A DNA stretch of 64,000 bases from an uncultured Rivularia sp. (GTDB lineage: Bacteria > Cyanobacteriota > Cyanobacteriia > Cyanobacteriales > Nostocaceae): positions 6,240,001 through 6,304,000 of the forward strand of contig OY762007.1 in assembly GCA_963665115.1 (NCBI GenBank), written 5' to 3'. The first letter of the stretch is position 1. Every line of letters starts with the position of its first letter. A program made the position numbers and the translations under genes. A model generated the notes under the pieces. It made no database searches. It was not told the DNA's origin and saw only the letters and a program-made list of their open reading frames with translations. Below are positions 54,452-64,000 of this stretch, piece after piece.

Positions 54452-54825
54452 TACTGGCATTACAAACGAAATTAAAGGGAGATAAGTATTTGAGTAAGCT
54501 CGGTTCTCAACATCGTTCCCGAATATATGAAGCCGCTGCAATTGCTTTTTATCATCAACAATCTAATATTCCCATAATCAAAACTCTACTGTGCGATGAT
54601 GCTCCACAATTTAAGTCAATCACCTCAGACTTAGCTCTTTGTTGGGTGCATGAAGGACGGCATTATAAAAAATTAAGTCCACTTGTGCCTTGTCACCAAA
54701 AACTTTTAGATGATTTTTTGGAACGATTCTGGAACTATTACCGAAAATTATTGGCTCTTCTTCCAATCCTTTTGGTTGGTCATGGATGCCTCAATAATCC
54801 CTATCCCTAAATTTTGAGCGGATAC
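54440..54825 (+). pseudogene. IS66-family transposase remnant
   Basis: LLCDDAPQFK..LALCWVHEGRHYKKL; possible terminus TGAGCGGATAC at 54825. Confidence 0.75.
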
Positions 54826-54862
54826 GCTAAATTGTTCTTTCTGTTGACTGATTTCCACTGAA

Positions 54863-56364
54863 TAAGTGGGTGTGCAAAATTATTTGTGTCATTACGAGCG
54901 ATAGCGTTAGCGAAGCGTGTCCGATAGGACATAGTAATCTCAAAGTGTTGCGATGATCCACACCTTCGGTGAATGCTTCGTTTCACTTCGTTCCACTCGC
55001 AATGACAAATACACAATTAATTTTGCCTAGTACAACACGGCGTAAATAAACCAAGCATTATTATGGGATACTAATTAAGTAGAGAAAAAGTAGTTTAGGA
55101 AACTTGCAAGGAATCAGGGTGTGGCACGACTAACTCCAAAAGAATTAAAATTAAACGATTGCGATCGCCTAAAACTTCAACAGTTGGTTAACCAACACAA
55201 TACGCCGCAACAAATAGTATTGCGAGCAAAAATAATTATTCTAGCTGACAAGGGACAAAACAATGGTGAAATCGCTAGGACACTGGATATTAGCCTAGAC
55301 ATGGCTCGTTTATGGCGAAAAAGATGGTTAGAAACTAACGATAAAGAATTGTCCATTTTTCAAAGGTTAAAAGATTTGGAGCGTACTGGTACACCAGTAA
55401 AATTTACGATGGAACAAGTCATCGAACTATTCGCTCTTGCTTGCTCACCACCTGAAGATTATGGACGACCAATCAGTCATTGGACAGCAAAGGAACTCGC
55501 TGATGAGATTATAAAACAGGAGATTATTAAAAGCATATCTGTCCGCCATGTTGGAAGACTGTTAGAAGAAGCAGAGCTTAAACCCCACCAGAGTCGCTAC
55601 TGGTTAACCCCCCCCTGTAGATGAAGAATTTGAAGCAAAAGTTGAAGACATTACTGGTTTATATTTAAATGCAATTGAACGTCATTCGATGGGGGAACGT
55701 ACAATATCGATTGATGTTCCGGACTGGTATTCAAGCTGTTGAGCGTTTAGAGAAAGATTTACCAATGCGACCAGGTAAAGTTGAAAGAAAGGAGTTTGAA
55801 TATGTCCGTCATGGTACACAGACCTTAATTGCTAATTTCGATGTTGCTACCGGTAAGGTTATTGAACCCAATTGTGGTGATTCTAGAACGTTTGGCAGAT
55901 TTTCTCATTAATATCCGTCAAGTTATTGAAGGCGATCGCCATACTAAAAAGTGGCATCTAATTATGGATTGCCTCAATACTCACCAGTCCGAGTCACTGG
56001 TTCGTTTTGTTGCACAAAAAGAAGGTTTGGATATTGACTTAGGTATTAAAGGGAAAAGTGGTATCCTCAAGTCCATGAAATCCCGTGCAGATTTTTTGAG
56101 TGACCCAACGCATCAAATTGTTTTCCACTATACACCCAAACATTCTTCCTGGCTAAACCAAATTGAAATTTGGCTCAGCATTTTGGTTCGTAAGTTATTG
56201 AAGCGAGCTAGCTTTAAAAGCCAGTATGACCTCAAAACCCGAATTCTTGAATTTATTGACTACTTTAACGCAACAATGGCTAAACCTTTTAAATGGACAT
56301 ATAAGGGCAAAGTCTTAGCTGCTTAATACTTGGTTTATTTACGCCGTACTGTACTAGGTACTTA
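54863..56364. mobile_element. MITE-like element whose right TIR is interrupted by IS630
   Basis: Left TAAGTGGGTGTGCAAAATTATTTGTGT; right ACACAATTAATTTTGCCTA|GGTACTTA once the IS is removed. Confidence 0.7.
55030..56354 (+). mobile_element. IS630-family insertion sequence, transposase split over three ORFs
   Basis: TIR GTACAACACGGCGTAAATAAACCAAG / CTTGGTTTATTTACGCCGTACTGTAC, TA duplication; [25 protein letters not shown]. Confidence 0.92.
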
Positions 56365-56427
56365 TAGTGTTTATTTCTAATGCAATATTGAGTTTACACT
56401 GCATCTGACCTTGCAAAATTTATCATA

Positions 56428-59400
56428 CTAATCCAAATCCCCTGAAGCAGGACGAAGACGCTTTGTATTATCCTGCAAAAATGCGGATGGCAAAACATAA
56501 TTACCATCAACAGCAGCAAAGGTAGGAAGTTTATTTGTAACTATATCAATGCTTCCTTGTTGTTGGTTGATTTGATGTTTTTTAATGTAAATTTGATTTC
56601 CACGCTCATCATCAAGACTAATAGTAAATGGAAGATTTAATGCTGTTGATTTCTGTTGTCCTAAATCACTTGTATAAAGTTTTTGGGCTTGTATATTAAG
56701 TCGAATTTTATATTTTCCATCTGGTAATTTTTGATAAACTGCGTCGGTTAATCCTACTTGATAGGTAATAACTGAAGAGAATAATTCTTTAATTTCTTCT
56801 CGTTTATCAACTGGTACTTTACTTAATATTGCATCTCGTAAATCAAGTACTGTTGGATATGGTGGTTGTTTAAATCGATATTTTTGCAAAAATTCCCGAA
56901 TACCAGATACTACAGCTTCTTTCCCAATTAAATCTTCAATTAGTTCGAGTATCATACCTCCTTTATGACGAGCGATTGGTAATTCGTTGTAAATGTCTGT
57001 TAAAGGAGGTTCTTTGAAATCAATTTTTCCTAGCTGACGGAAGAAGTCGCGCATCAATTGTTTTCGAGCTAAAAGTTGCTCTTTTGGGGTGCGTCGGGAA
57101 CGTTGGTAAAGAGAACTTGCATAAGCGCTGAGAGCTTCGCGGATTGTCATTCCCCCCGCTACGTCTGCTGCAATAATTTGGTCTTCCCACCAAGCATGAG
57201 CTAAAAGATATGTTGTCCAGTCGATGATGCTTTCTTTTCCTAACCCTTTGGCTTGACTTTTCCAAATTAAGACTTCGGGAATGCCAATAGTTCCAGCTTC
57301 CGAAAATACCATCCCGTCGTAGTAAACAAATTCTACTACCCGTACTTGTTCAAAAGGATATTTACCAAAAGTTTTCTCGTAGAATTCTAAAGCTTTACCA
57401 ACTTGGGTAGCAATCAATTTTACGTTGTCTTCGTGGGGTGGATGATAGTAAATTTCGATGGGAACTCGATAATTATTGTCTCGATAAACTTTGTAGCGTC
57501 CAGAATAGATAGTAAATTTACCGCGATTTTGCTGATTCGACTGATAGCGGAAGTAGTTTCTATCTCCTTGCGTCCATTTTTTAACCAATTTTCCAGATGT
57601 AACTACAGTTTGGTTGTCAGATGTACCGATAGTAACGTCGGTGCTACCCCATCCCAAATGTGACACCATTAAAGCCTGTTCTAATCCTACCGGGTCATCG
57701 TGACTCCGCATCCTTTCGTCGAGGGGTGGTAAATCGAGCTTTTGTCGCAGCCAAGCTTTTTTATGTTCTACCATCTTGGTATAACCAACGAAGGGTAAAA
57801 TAAACGGACTGTATAAATTAGTTCCATTTCCTACCACGTCGTTAGGATAAATCATATAAACATCATCGCTGTCTGACTGGTTCTGAAATCCTTGAGGACG
57901 TTCGGTTTTAGTCACAAACTGCATGGTTTGTTTTTCCCCCGGCATCAGTGGTTTTTCTAAGTCATAAATATAATATCCCCATGTAGGATGAGCTTCGCGT
58001 AATTTTGCTCCTGGATATTTAACTTCACCAAGTTTTAGGTTAATAAAAGTTAATAGGTGGATTTCGCGGATAGGGGATTTAGTCCGATTTTCTAATGTAT
58101 ATTCACCCCTAGCTAAAAAATAGCGTTTATCTGGATAAAGTTCGATATTTAGCCGAGTATTTGTAACTACCGGCATGGGCAGATTTTCGTATTTTTTGAA
58201 ACGCTTTTCTATTTGTGCTGCGGTTTCTTCTTTACCCGGAGGTTGATATTCGTTAACTACGGTGGTGTTATAACCAATCCATCCACCGACACCCGCAAAC
58301 ATCAATATTAAAGCTACTAAAAACCGTTTTATTCCTTTACTAGTAAGTTTCCATGCTCGTTTCCAATCTTTAACAAGACTCTTATCAAAAGTACCCCTGG
58401 GATAGATAATATAGGCTAAAAGCATTAAAACAGCGCCAAAGATTGCCCAGTAAAGCGTATACCAAAGATGTCCGGTTAATAAATGCCCGTAACCATTCAT
58501 TAAAGAATATTCAATATCGTTAGTAGCAGCAAAGCGATAGAGATTATGATATAAACCCAGAGCATCAAGAGGAATTTTTGATAAAGAAATTAACACCACC
58601 AAAGCCATACCAGCATATTTATGACGGGTGACTACCTGAGTAAAGATGGCAAGAATAGCTGTTAAGTAAAAATACGGCCCATGCTCTACAAACAGCATCT
58701 TAAAATACAAATCAAACTGAAAATAGTAGTAGCCATTGATAGCCTGATAATTTACCATCACAGCCATTGCTAACAGTAAATTGATTGTGATTATGGCGAA
58801 AAGTGCAGTTAGCTTTGATAACAGCAAAGTAGCATTAGAAACAGGTGTAGCGTCTACCACAGCTTGTAAACGAAGTTGGCGATCGCGCCATACTAATTCA
58901 CCCGAATAAACTACGATAATTGCGAAAAGAATATATTCTAAATAAATATTGGCTGAGTGAATTAAAATATCCGTACTGGGATTAGAGTAATTAAACGAAC
59001 GAGTTCCCATCGCTGCCACAACCAAGCTAATTAATCCGAATCCGGTTAATAATATAAACGCTTTTCCTTTTAAAATAGAGTTGATTTCAAACCACGTCCG
59101 ATGTATCCATTGTTGAAATAATAATTGTGGTGTTTGTTGTCTTAAGGAATGTCCCGAATTTAAAAAATTACCCGTAGTGTCCGCTTCTTGCTCCCTAATT
59201 CTTTCTCTACCCCCTCTACTTCCTCCACGAGATTCCATCACCTTCATCGAATAGCTGCGGTAACTCCAAAACCAACCAGCTAAAGCAATAAAAACCCATA
59301 AAATACGATTCCAAATTAGGGTTCCTCCTAAAGATGGCATCAAGGTATTATGCTGAAATACCGTCCAAGTCAAAGTATTTTCTTCAAAAGCATAAAACCC

Positions 59401-60042
59401 AAATGGATCTAACATTGCCCAAATGCGGTATAGTTCAAAGTCGATAACATCAACTCCCACCAACAATAGGGAAACAAGGTAGAGCATGACTAGAACAATT
59501 GCACCCGCATAGGTAATAATAATACTGCGAGTTCTTGAAGCCAAACCAAAGGCGATCGCACTCACTAAAAACAAATTTGGCAATACAAATAATAGATAGC
59601 TAGCTGCATACGCTTCCGGACGAAATGCACCTAATGCAAAAGGGTTTAATCCCGGCATCAAAGTACCTAAAAGCATTCCCGGAATATAGCTAGAAAATGC
59701 TAATAAAGTTACCGCAAAAGCTGCTAAGAAACGAGTTGTTAAATAGTTATTTTTACGAACAGGGGTAGAAAGAATTAACGATTCCATGCGGTGATTCGTA
59801 TCTCGCACAAAAGTTTCAGCAACAAAAGCAGATGCTGCTAAAATTCCAAAAATAGTATACCAAATAGTAACTTGAAAAATTTGAGAAGGACTATTAACGA
59901 AAAAGAAAGCGTTACCTTCTCCCGCTTTAGATACGATATCGGTAAATCCAATAGCGAAAAATAAGATTGCAATCAACCAAAATGTCGGACGACGTAGATG
60001 ATAGAAAGTTTCAAAACGTAGGATTGGTGAAAATGATTTCAT
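56428..60042 (-). CDS. ABC-2 permease fused to an M1-aminopeptidase-like domain (HEXXH degenerate)
   Basis: Two permease halves; C-terminal FGKYPF..YLLAHAWW..EALSAY. Confidence 0.82.
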   Translation of the reverse strand: MKSFSPILRFETFYHLRRPTFWLIAILFFAIGFTDIVSKAGEGNAFFFVNSPSQIFQVTIWYTIFGILAASAFVAETFVRDTNHRMESLILSTPVRKNNYLTTRFLAAFAVTLLAFSSYIPGMLLGTLMPGLNPFALGAFRPEAYAASYLLFVLPNLFLVSAIAFGLASRTRSIIITYAGAIVLVMLYLVSLLLVGVDVIDFELYRIWAMLDPFGFYAFEENTLTWTVFQHNTLMPSLGGTLIWNRILWVFIALAGWFWSYRSYSMKVMESRGGSRGGRERIREQEADTTGNFLNSGHSLRQQTPQLLFQQWIHRTWFEINSILKGKAFILLTGFGLISLVVAAMGTRSFNYSNPSTDILIHSANIYLEYILFAIIVVYSGELVWRDRQLRLQAVVDATPVSNATLLLSKLTALFAIITINLLLAMAVMVNYQAINGYYYFQFDLYFKMLFVEHGPYFYLTAILAIFTQVVTRHKYAGMALVVLISLSKIPLDALGLYHNLYRFAATNDIEYSLMNGYGHLLTGHLWYTLYWAIFGAVLMLLAYIIYPRGTFDKSLVKDWKRAWKLTSKGIKRFLVALILMFAGVGGWIGYNTTVVNEYQPPGKEETAAQIEKRFKKYENLPMPVVTNTRLNIELYPDKRYFLARGEYTLENRTKSPIREIHLLTFINLKLGEVKYPGAKLREAHPTWGYYIYDLEKPLMPGEKQTMQFVTKTERPQGFQNQSDSDDVYMIYPNDVVGNGTNLYSPFILPFVGYTKMVEHKKAWLRQKLDLPPLDERMRSHDDPVGLEQALMVSHLGWGSTDVTIGTSDNQTVVTSGKLVKKWTQGDRNYFRYQSNQQNRGKFTIYSGRYKVYRDNNYRVPIEIYYHPPHEDNVKLIATQVGKALEFYEKTFGKYPFEQVRVVEFVYYDGMVFSEAGTIGIPEVLIWKSQAKGLGKESIIDWTTYLLAHAWWEDQIIAADVAGGMTIREALSAYASSLYQRSRRTPKEQLLARKQLMRDFFRQLGKIDFKEPPLTDIYNELPIARHKGGMILELIEDLIGKEAVVSGIREFLQKYRFKQPPYPTVLDLRDAILSKVPVDKREEIKELFSSVITYQVGLTDAVYQKLPDGKYKIRLNIQAQKLYTSDLGQQKSTALNLPFTISLDDERGNQIYIKKHQINQQQGSIDIVTNKLPTFAAVDGNYVLPSAFLQDNTKRLRPASGDLD

Positions 60043-60044
60043 AA

Positions 60045-60096
60045 CAATTATCAATTATCAATTATCAATTAGTTATCAGTTATCAGTTATCAGTTA
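60045..60096. repeat. STRR tract (TTATCAA/TTATCAG)
   Basis: Tandem heptamers; similar tract at 63889-63921. Confidence 0.75.
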
Positions 60097-60392
60097 GCTA
60101 GATTGTTTAATACCTCTATCTCTCTTTAATTCTTTTCTCTGCGCTCTCTGCGTCTCTGCGGTTTTTTAATCCTTAATCTCTCAGGGAGAATTTTAAATCA
60201 TTTGTGAGATTTTAGAAACCCGGTTTTTAAAAAAAAACCGGGTTTTTGGCACCTACATTTCTCGTGATAATTGTTTTTAAATAAACCAACACTTGAATAA
60301 TTATTAAACCGCAGAGGGCGCTGAGGACACAGAGAAAGAGAAAAGAGAGAAAGTACAACAAAATATTTAGTCTTTATCTAACTAATCCCTTT

Positions 60393-61280
60393 TCAAACAG
60401 TAATAAATTGTTGAGGTTTTCCTAATAAAGCAGTGAAGTAAACATCATTCAAATCTGGTTCTACAGAATGAAAATCACTATCTGGTTGAGAATTACTCAA
60501 AACTCGAACCCATCTGTCTCCCCGTGACATCCGAGAAGTGATAACCGTCCATTTTTCAGAATCATTTTTATCTCGTTCCAATCGAATAATTTTAGTCCAA
60601 ACTCTCCCACTTAAAGCATTAACTAACGCTTGGGGGCTACCACTACGAATAATTTCACCACGATTCATAATTGCCATATTCGGACAAAGCTCGGCTACAT
60701 CTTCAACGATGTGAGTAGAAAGAAGTAAAACTCTATCTTGACTGATTTCTGAAAGCAAATTTTGAAACCGAATCCGCTCTGCTGGATCTAAACCTGCGGT
60801 AGGCTCATCCACAATTACCAGTTTCGGAGAACCTAACAAAGCTTGAGCAATACCGAAACGCTGTCTCATTCCACCAGAAAAGGTTCCTAATTTCTGTTTT
60901 CGTTTTTCGTATAAATTAACTAGCTGTAGCTGTCGTGCTACTATTTCTCGTCTTTCTTTACGATTAATAAATCCTTTGAATACTGCTAATTGGTCTAATA
61001 AATCTTCGCATGAAACCGTGGGATAAACACCGAAGTCTTGAGGTAAATAACCCAACTGACTGCGAGCAATTTGGGGATTTTTGAGAACATCTAAGCCCTG
61101 GAGCATTATCGAACCCGAATCCGCATCTTGCAATGTGGCTAAAGTACGCATTAAACTTGATTTACCCGCACCATTCGGGCCAAGCAAACCAAAAATTCCG
61201 CAATCTATTTCTAAAGATATATCTCGAAGCGCTTGAATACCGTTTGCATAAGTCTTGCTCAATTTTTGAATTGCGAGCAT
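60393..61280 (-). CDS. ABC transporter ATP-binding protein
   Basis: GPNGAGKS, FSGGMRQR, VDEPTAG. Confidence 0.92.
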   Translation of the reverse strand: MLAIQKLSKTYANGIQALRDISLEIDCGIFGLLGPNGAGKSSLMRTLATLQDADSGSIMLQGLDVLKNPQIARSQLGYLPQDFGVYPTVSCEDLLDQLAVFKGFINRKERREIVARQLQLVNLYEKRKQKLGTFSGGMRQRFGIAQALLGSPKLVIVDEPTAGLDPAERIRFQNLLSEISQDRVLLLSTHIVEDVAELCPNMAIMNRGEIIRSGSPQALVNALSGRVWTKIIRLERDKNDSEKWTVITSRMSRGDRWVRVLSNSQPDSDFHSVEPDLNDVYFTALLGKPQQFITV

Positions 61281-61775
61281 TAATTCTAGCCTCCCGAATC
61301 TTGTTAATTAATGGAAACTTGTTATTGATAGAGAAACTTACGGTTACAAAATCATGCTGCAATATTATTGCAAATATTTCTTAATAAGTCGATATAAAAA
61401 TCAAAAAAATCAAACTTGGGCGCATCGCTATGATTATTTCATCCAGGATACAGTATCTCTGACAAATACAACGTATAATTTAATTCAACGTAATAATTGA
61501 AATGTTTCTAAATTGTATTTCAGGGAAATATTCCTCAAAAAACCGAATATGCAGCCCTTTTGGTTAAGAAATACGTGGTAATATCAAATCCGTTTGTATA
61601 TGAATTATTCTCTTTCCTCTTCCTCTGCGTCCTCTGCGTCTCTGCGGTTTTTTATCATTTGGATACTACCGGATTTAATATAATGGCTAAAATTAATATT
61701 AGGCAGAATCTTTGCCTGTCGATTATCTGGGAAAAACATCTTTCTATTATTCAGAATCATTACAAGCTTAAAAAT

Positions 61776-62858
61776 ATGCTAAAAAATCCTATTAATGATT
61801 GCCGTTATTGTAGCGTTGTTTCCAAAGCTAATGGAGAAGATCCACTTGGTTCGGCAGATTGTTATGACCATTGGTTTGTGTTTGAAGTACCTCGTCCTTG
61901 GGGTGATTCACTTTGGCATTATCCTCCATTAGAGCATTTGATGAAGCTATCTACCAAGCTGATTTTACAAAAAGGCATAATAATCAAAGTTGTGATGGTT
62001 GCTCCCGATAAAGAATATTCGGCACCAGAACAGAATCGCGTTATTCATTATTATCGCCCCAAAGGTATGTTTGCGGAGTTTGAAAAACAGGAATATCTCT
62101 TACCTAACCTCGAACAAGTAATTAATCTACTAGATACCATCTTGTTTTCACCCAAACAGTTACAAAAATTTAATAACTATTACCAAGAAACAAAACATAT
62201 TCGAGATATTATCGTTTGTACCCATACAAAAGTTGATTTAGCTTGCGGTCGTTTTGGTACTCCCATTTATCAGAAACTTCGTAAAGAATATGCAAGCAAG
62301 GCTGATAATATAAGAGTATGGCAATCTTCTCATTTTGGCGGTCATCAATTTGCTCCCACCTTAATTGATTTACCTACAGGTCGTCTTTGGGGACATTTAG
62401 AGGATCAAACCCTCAACCCCTTGATTTACAGGAAAGGAAATTTGCAAGAATTACGTCCTTATTATCGGGGTTGGACTGGTTGGGAGAAATGGTTACAAAT
62501 TGCTGAAGGTGAAATTTGGTTACGGGAAAATTGGCAATGGTTGAATTATCATAAGCAAGGTTGGATTTTTGATGTAGGTGGAATTGGAATTAAGAAATTT
62601 CTCTTCGCAATATTGAAACTAATTCCAGCTAAAAGAGCGCGAATTGTGTGCGATCGCCTTTGTAAAAAAGCAAGTTGGGTAAAAGTTCGCATCAAATTCG
62701 CAGCACCTGATGGTAGCTTGTCGGGAGAATATACAGCCAAAGTTGAAGAAAGCGGTGAGGTTATCAGCGCCAAGGATTCAGCACCATCGAACCATGACGA
62801 GTTACATTTAAAGCCAGTTAAGCAATATAAAGTAACTGGTTTGAAGAGAAAAAATTGA
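61776..62858 (+). CDS. Sucrase/ferredoxin-like protein
   Basis: CRYCS, VCTH..DLACG, SSHFGGHQFAPT, YRGW; start at 61776 preferred. Confidence 0.85.
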   Translation: MLKNPINDCRYCSVVSKANGEDPLGSADCYDHWFVFEVPRPWGDSLWHYPPLEHLMKLSTKLILQKGIIIKVVMVAPDKEYSAPEQNRVIHYYRPKGMFAEFEKQEYLLPNLEQVINLLDTILFSPKQLQKFNNYYQETKHIRDIIVCTHTKVDLACGRFGTPIYQKLRKEYASKADNIRVWQSSHFGGHQFAPTLIDLPTGRLWGHLEDQTLNPLIYRKGNLQELRPYYRGWTGWEKWLQIAEGEIWLRENWQWLNYHKQGWIFDVGGIGIKKFLFAILKLIPAKRARIVCDRLCKKASWVKVRIKFAAPDGSLSGEYTAKVEESGEVISAKDSAPSNHDELHLKPVKQYKVTGLKRKN

Positions 62859-63176
62859 TAAAAAAAGGGGTGTTGCTGTTAGCGTGCCCCTTAAATCCCC
62901 CTGCGGAAGCGGGGACTTTTAGTTATCTTGTTCCCCCAAAATTGGGGGTTGGGGGGCTATTCATATTTTGAATCCAGGTATGCCAAAGATTCTATTTAAA
63001 TTTCTCACTTACTTTTTGCAACAGAACCATCCGGTAATATAAACAGCGAAATTAACAGTTATCAATTATCAATTAAGTAAGGTGTTGGGTTTTACTCCGT
63101 TCAACCCAACCTACGTCATAGGAAATCATAAAGCCGGGAAGGAATTATCAATTATCTGTTCCCTGTTCCCTGTTCC

Positions 63177-63889
63177 CTATTCCCTGCTCACTGTTAACTG
63201 CTCACTGCTCACTGTTCCCTTTAACCTACCATCTTCCATATGAACAATGCGGTCGGCGATATCTAAAATTCGGTTATCGTGGGTGACAAGCAACACCGAA
63301 CAACCTTCCTCTTTAGCAAGTTTTTGAATAATATCAACTACATCTCTACCCGTTTTACTATCTAAGGAAGCCGTTGGTTCGTCTGCTAATACAAGTTTCG
63401 GTTGAGCAACTAAAGCACGGGCGATCGCCACTCGTTGCTGTTGTCCCCTCCCGATAATTTTTCTGGGTAGGAATCGATAAACTCAGTTAATCCCACTGCT
63501 GATAAAATTGCTTCAGCCCGTTCACGATATTCCGATGTAGGAATTTCTGAGTGCAATTTCAAAGACATTCGGACATTACCATAAGCACTCAGACACTTGA
63601 GTAAATTATGATGTTGAAATATAAAACCTATATTATTTCTAATTTTGGTTAACTTTCTCTTAGAAATACCCTGCAATTCTTGGTCTAAAATTTTTAAACT
63701 ACCATCCTGTAGCGAACGCAATCCACCAATCAAAGATAATAAAGTTGTTTTACCGCTACCAGAAGGACCAGTTAAAATACAAATTTCACCCGGATTGATA
63801 TTTAAATGAATATCAATAAGTACATCTTTACGTAAATTACCTTTACCAAAAGCGTGATTTAAATTTGATATCGCGACGGTGGGATTCAT
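63177..63889 (-). CDS. DevA-like ABC ATP-binding protein with a frameshift in the LSGG G-run (~63446)
   Basis: GPSGSGKTT; LSGG..QQR, AIARAL, ADEPT in the second frame; C-terminus runs into an STRR. Confidence 0.85.
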
Positions 63890-64000
63890 ATCAATTATCA
63901 ATTATCAGTTATCAGTTATCACTGGTCAGGTGTGGTTCATCAATTATCGGTTGTTTGTTATTCTTACTATCCATTGTTAATTGTTCATTGATAATTGATT

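Noticed and set aside
3346..63428. Recurrent GCGATCGC
   Set aside because: Ordinary cyanobacterial HIP1; used only as a taxonomic clue

Overview
AT-rich DNA from a cyanobacterium, most likely a filamentous or heterocystous one: HIP1 GCGATCGC octamers and heptamer STRR repeats recur throughout. The main signal is a ~50-kb region (2.6-52.2 kb) holding 22 copies of an intergenic direct repeat, CTCACAAnTTyCTCA (half-sites 11 bp apart). In 21 of the 22 a TA-starting -10-like hexamer follows exactly 11 nt downstream, and 21 of the 22 point at an adjacent gene. Genes behind these sites or in their apparent operons include a near-complete fermentation set (GH65 phosphorylase-beta-PGM fusion, PfkA, pyruvate kinase, PflB/PflA, AdhE, acetate-CoA ligase/GNAT), a USP, a P-type ATPase, two CBS-CP12 variants, a divergent PsbU, an MgtC-family protein and three unannotated small proteins, two of them homologous. 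I infer a clustered dark/anoxia regulon run by a PhoB/OmpR-type activator that is not encoded in the window. After 53 kb come plasmid-like genes, an IS66 remnant, an IS630 nested in a MITE, and an ABC/M1-peptidase-like module. Five genes have homopolymer frameshifts that may be sequencing errors. No rRNA, tRNA or CRISPR array was seen. Domain calls are by recognition only; no searches were run.
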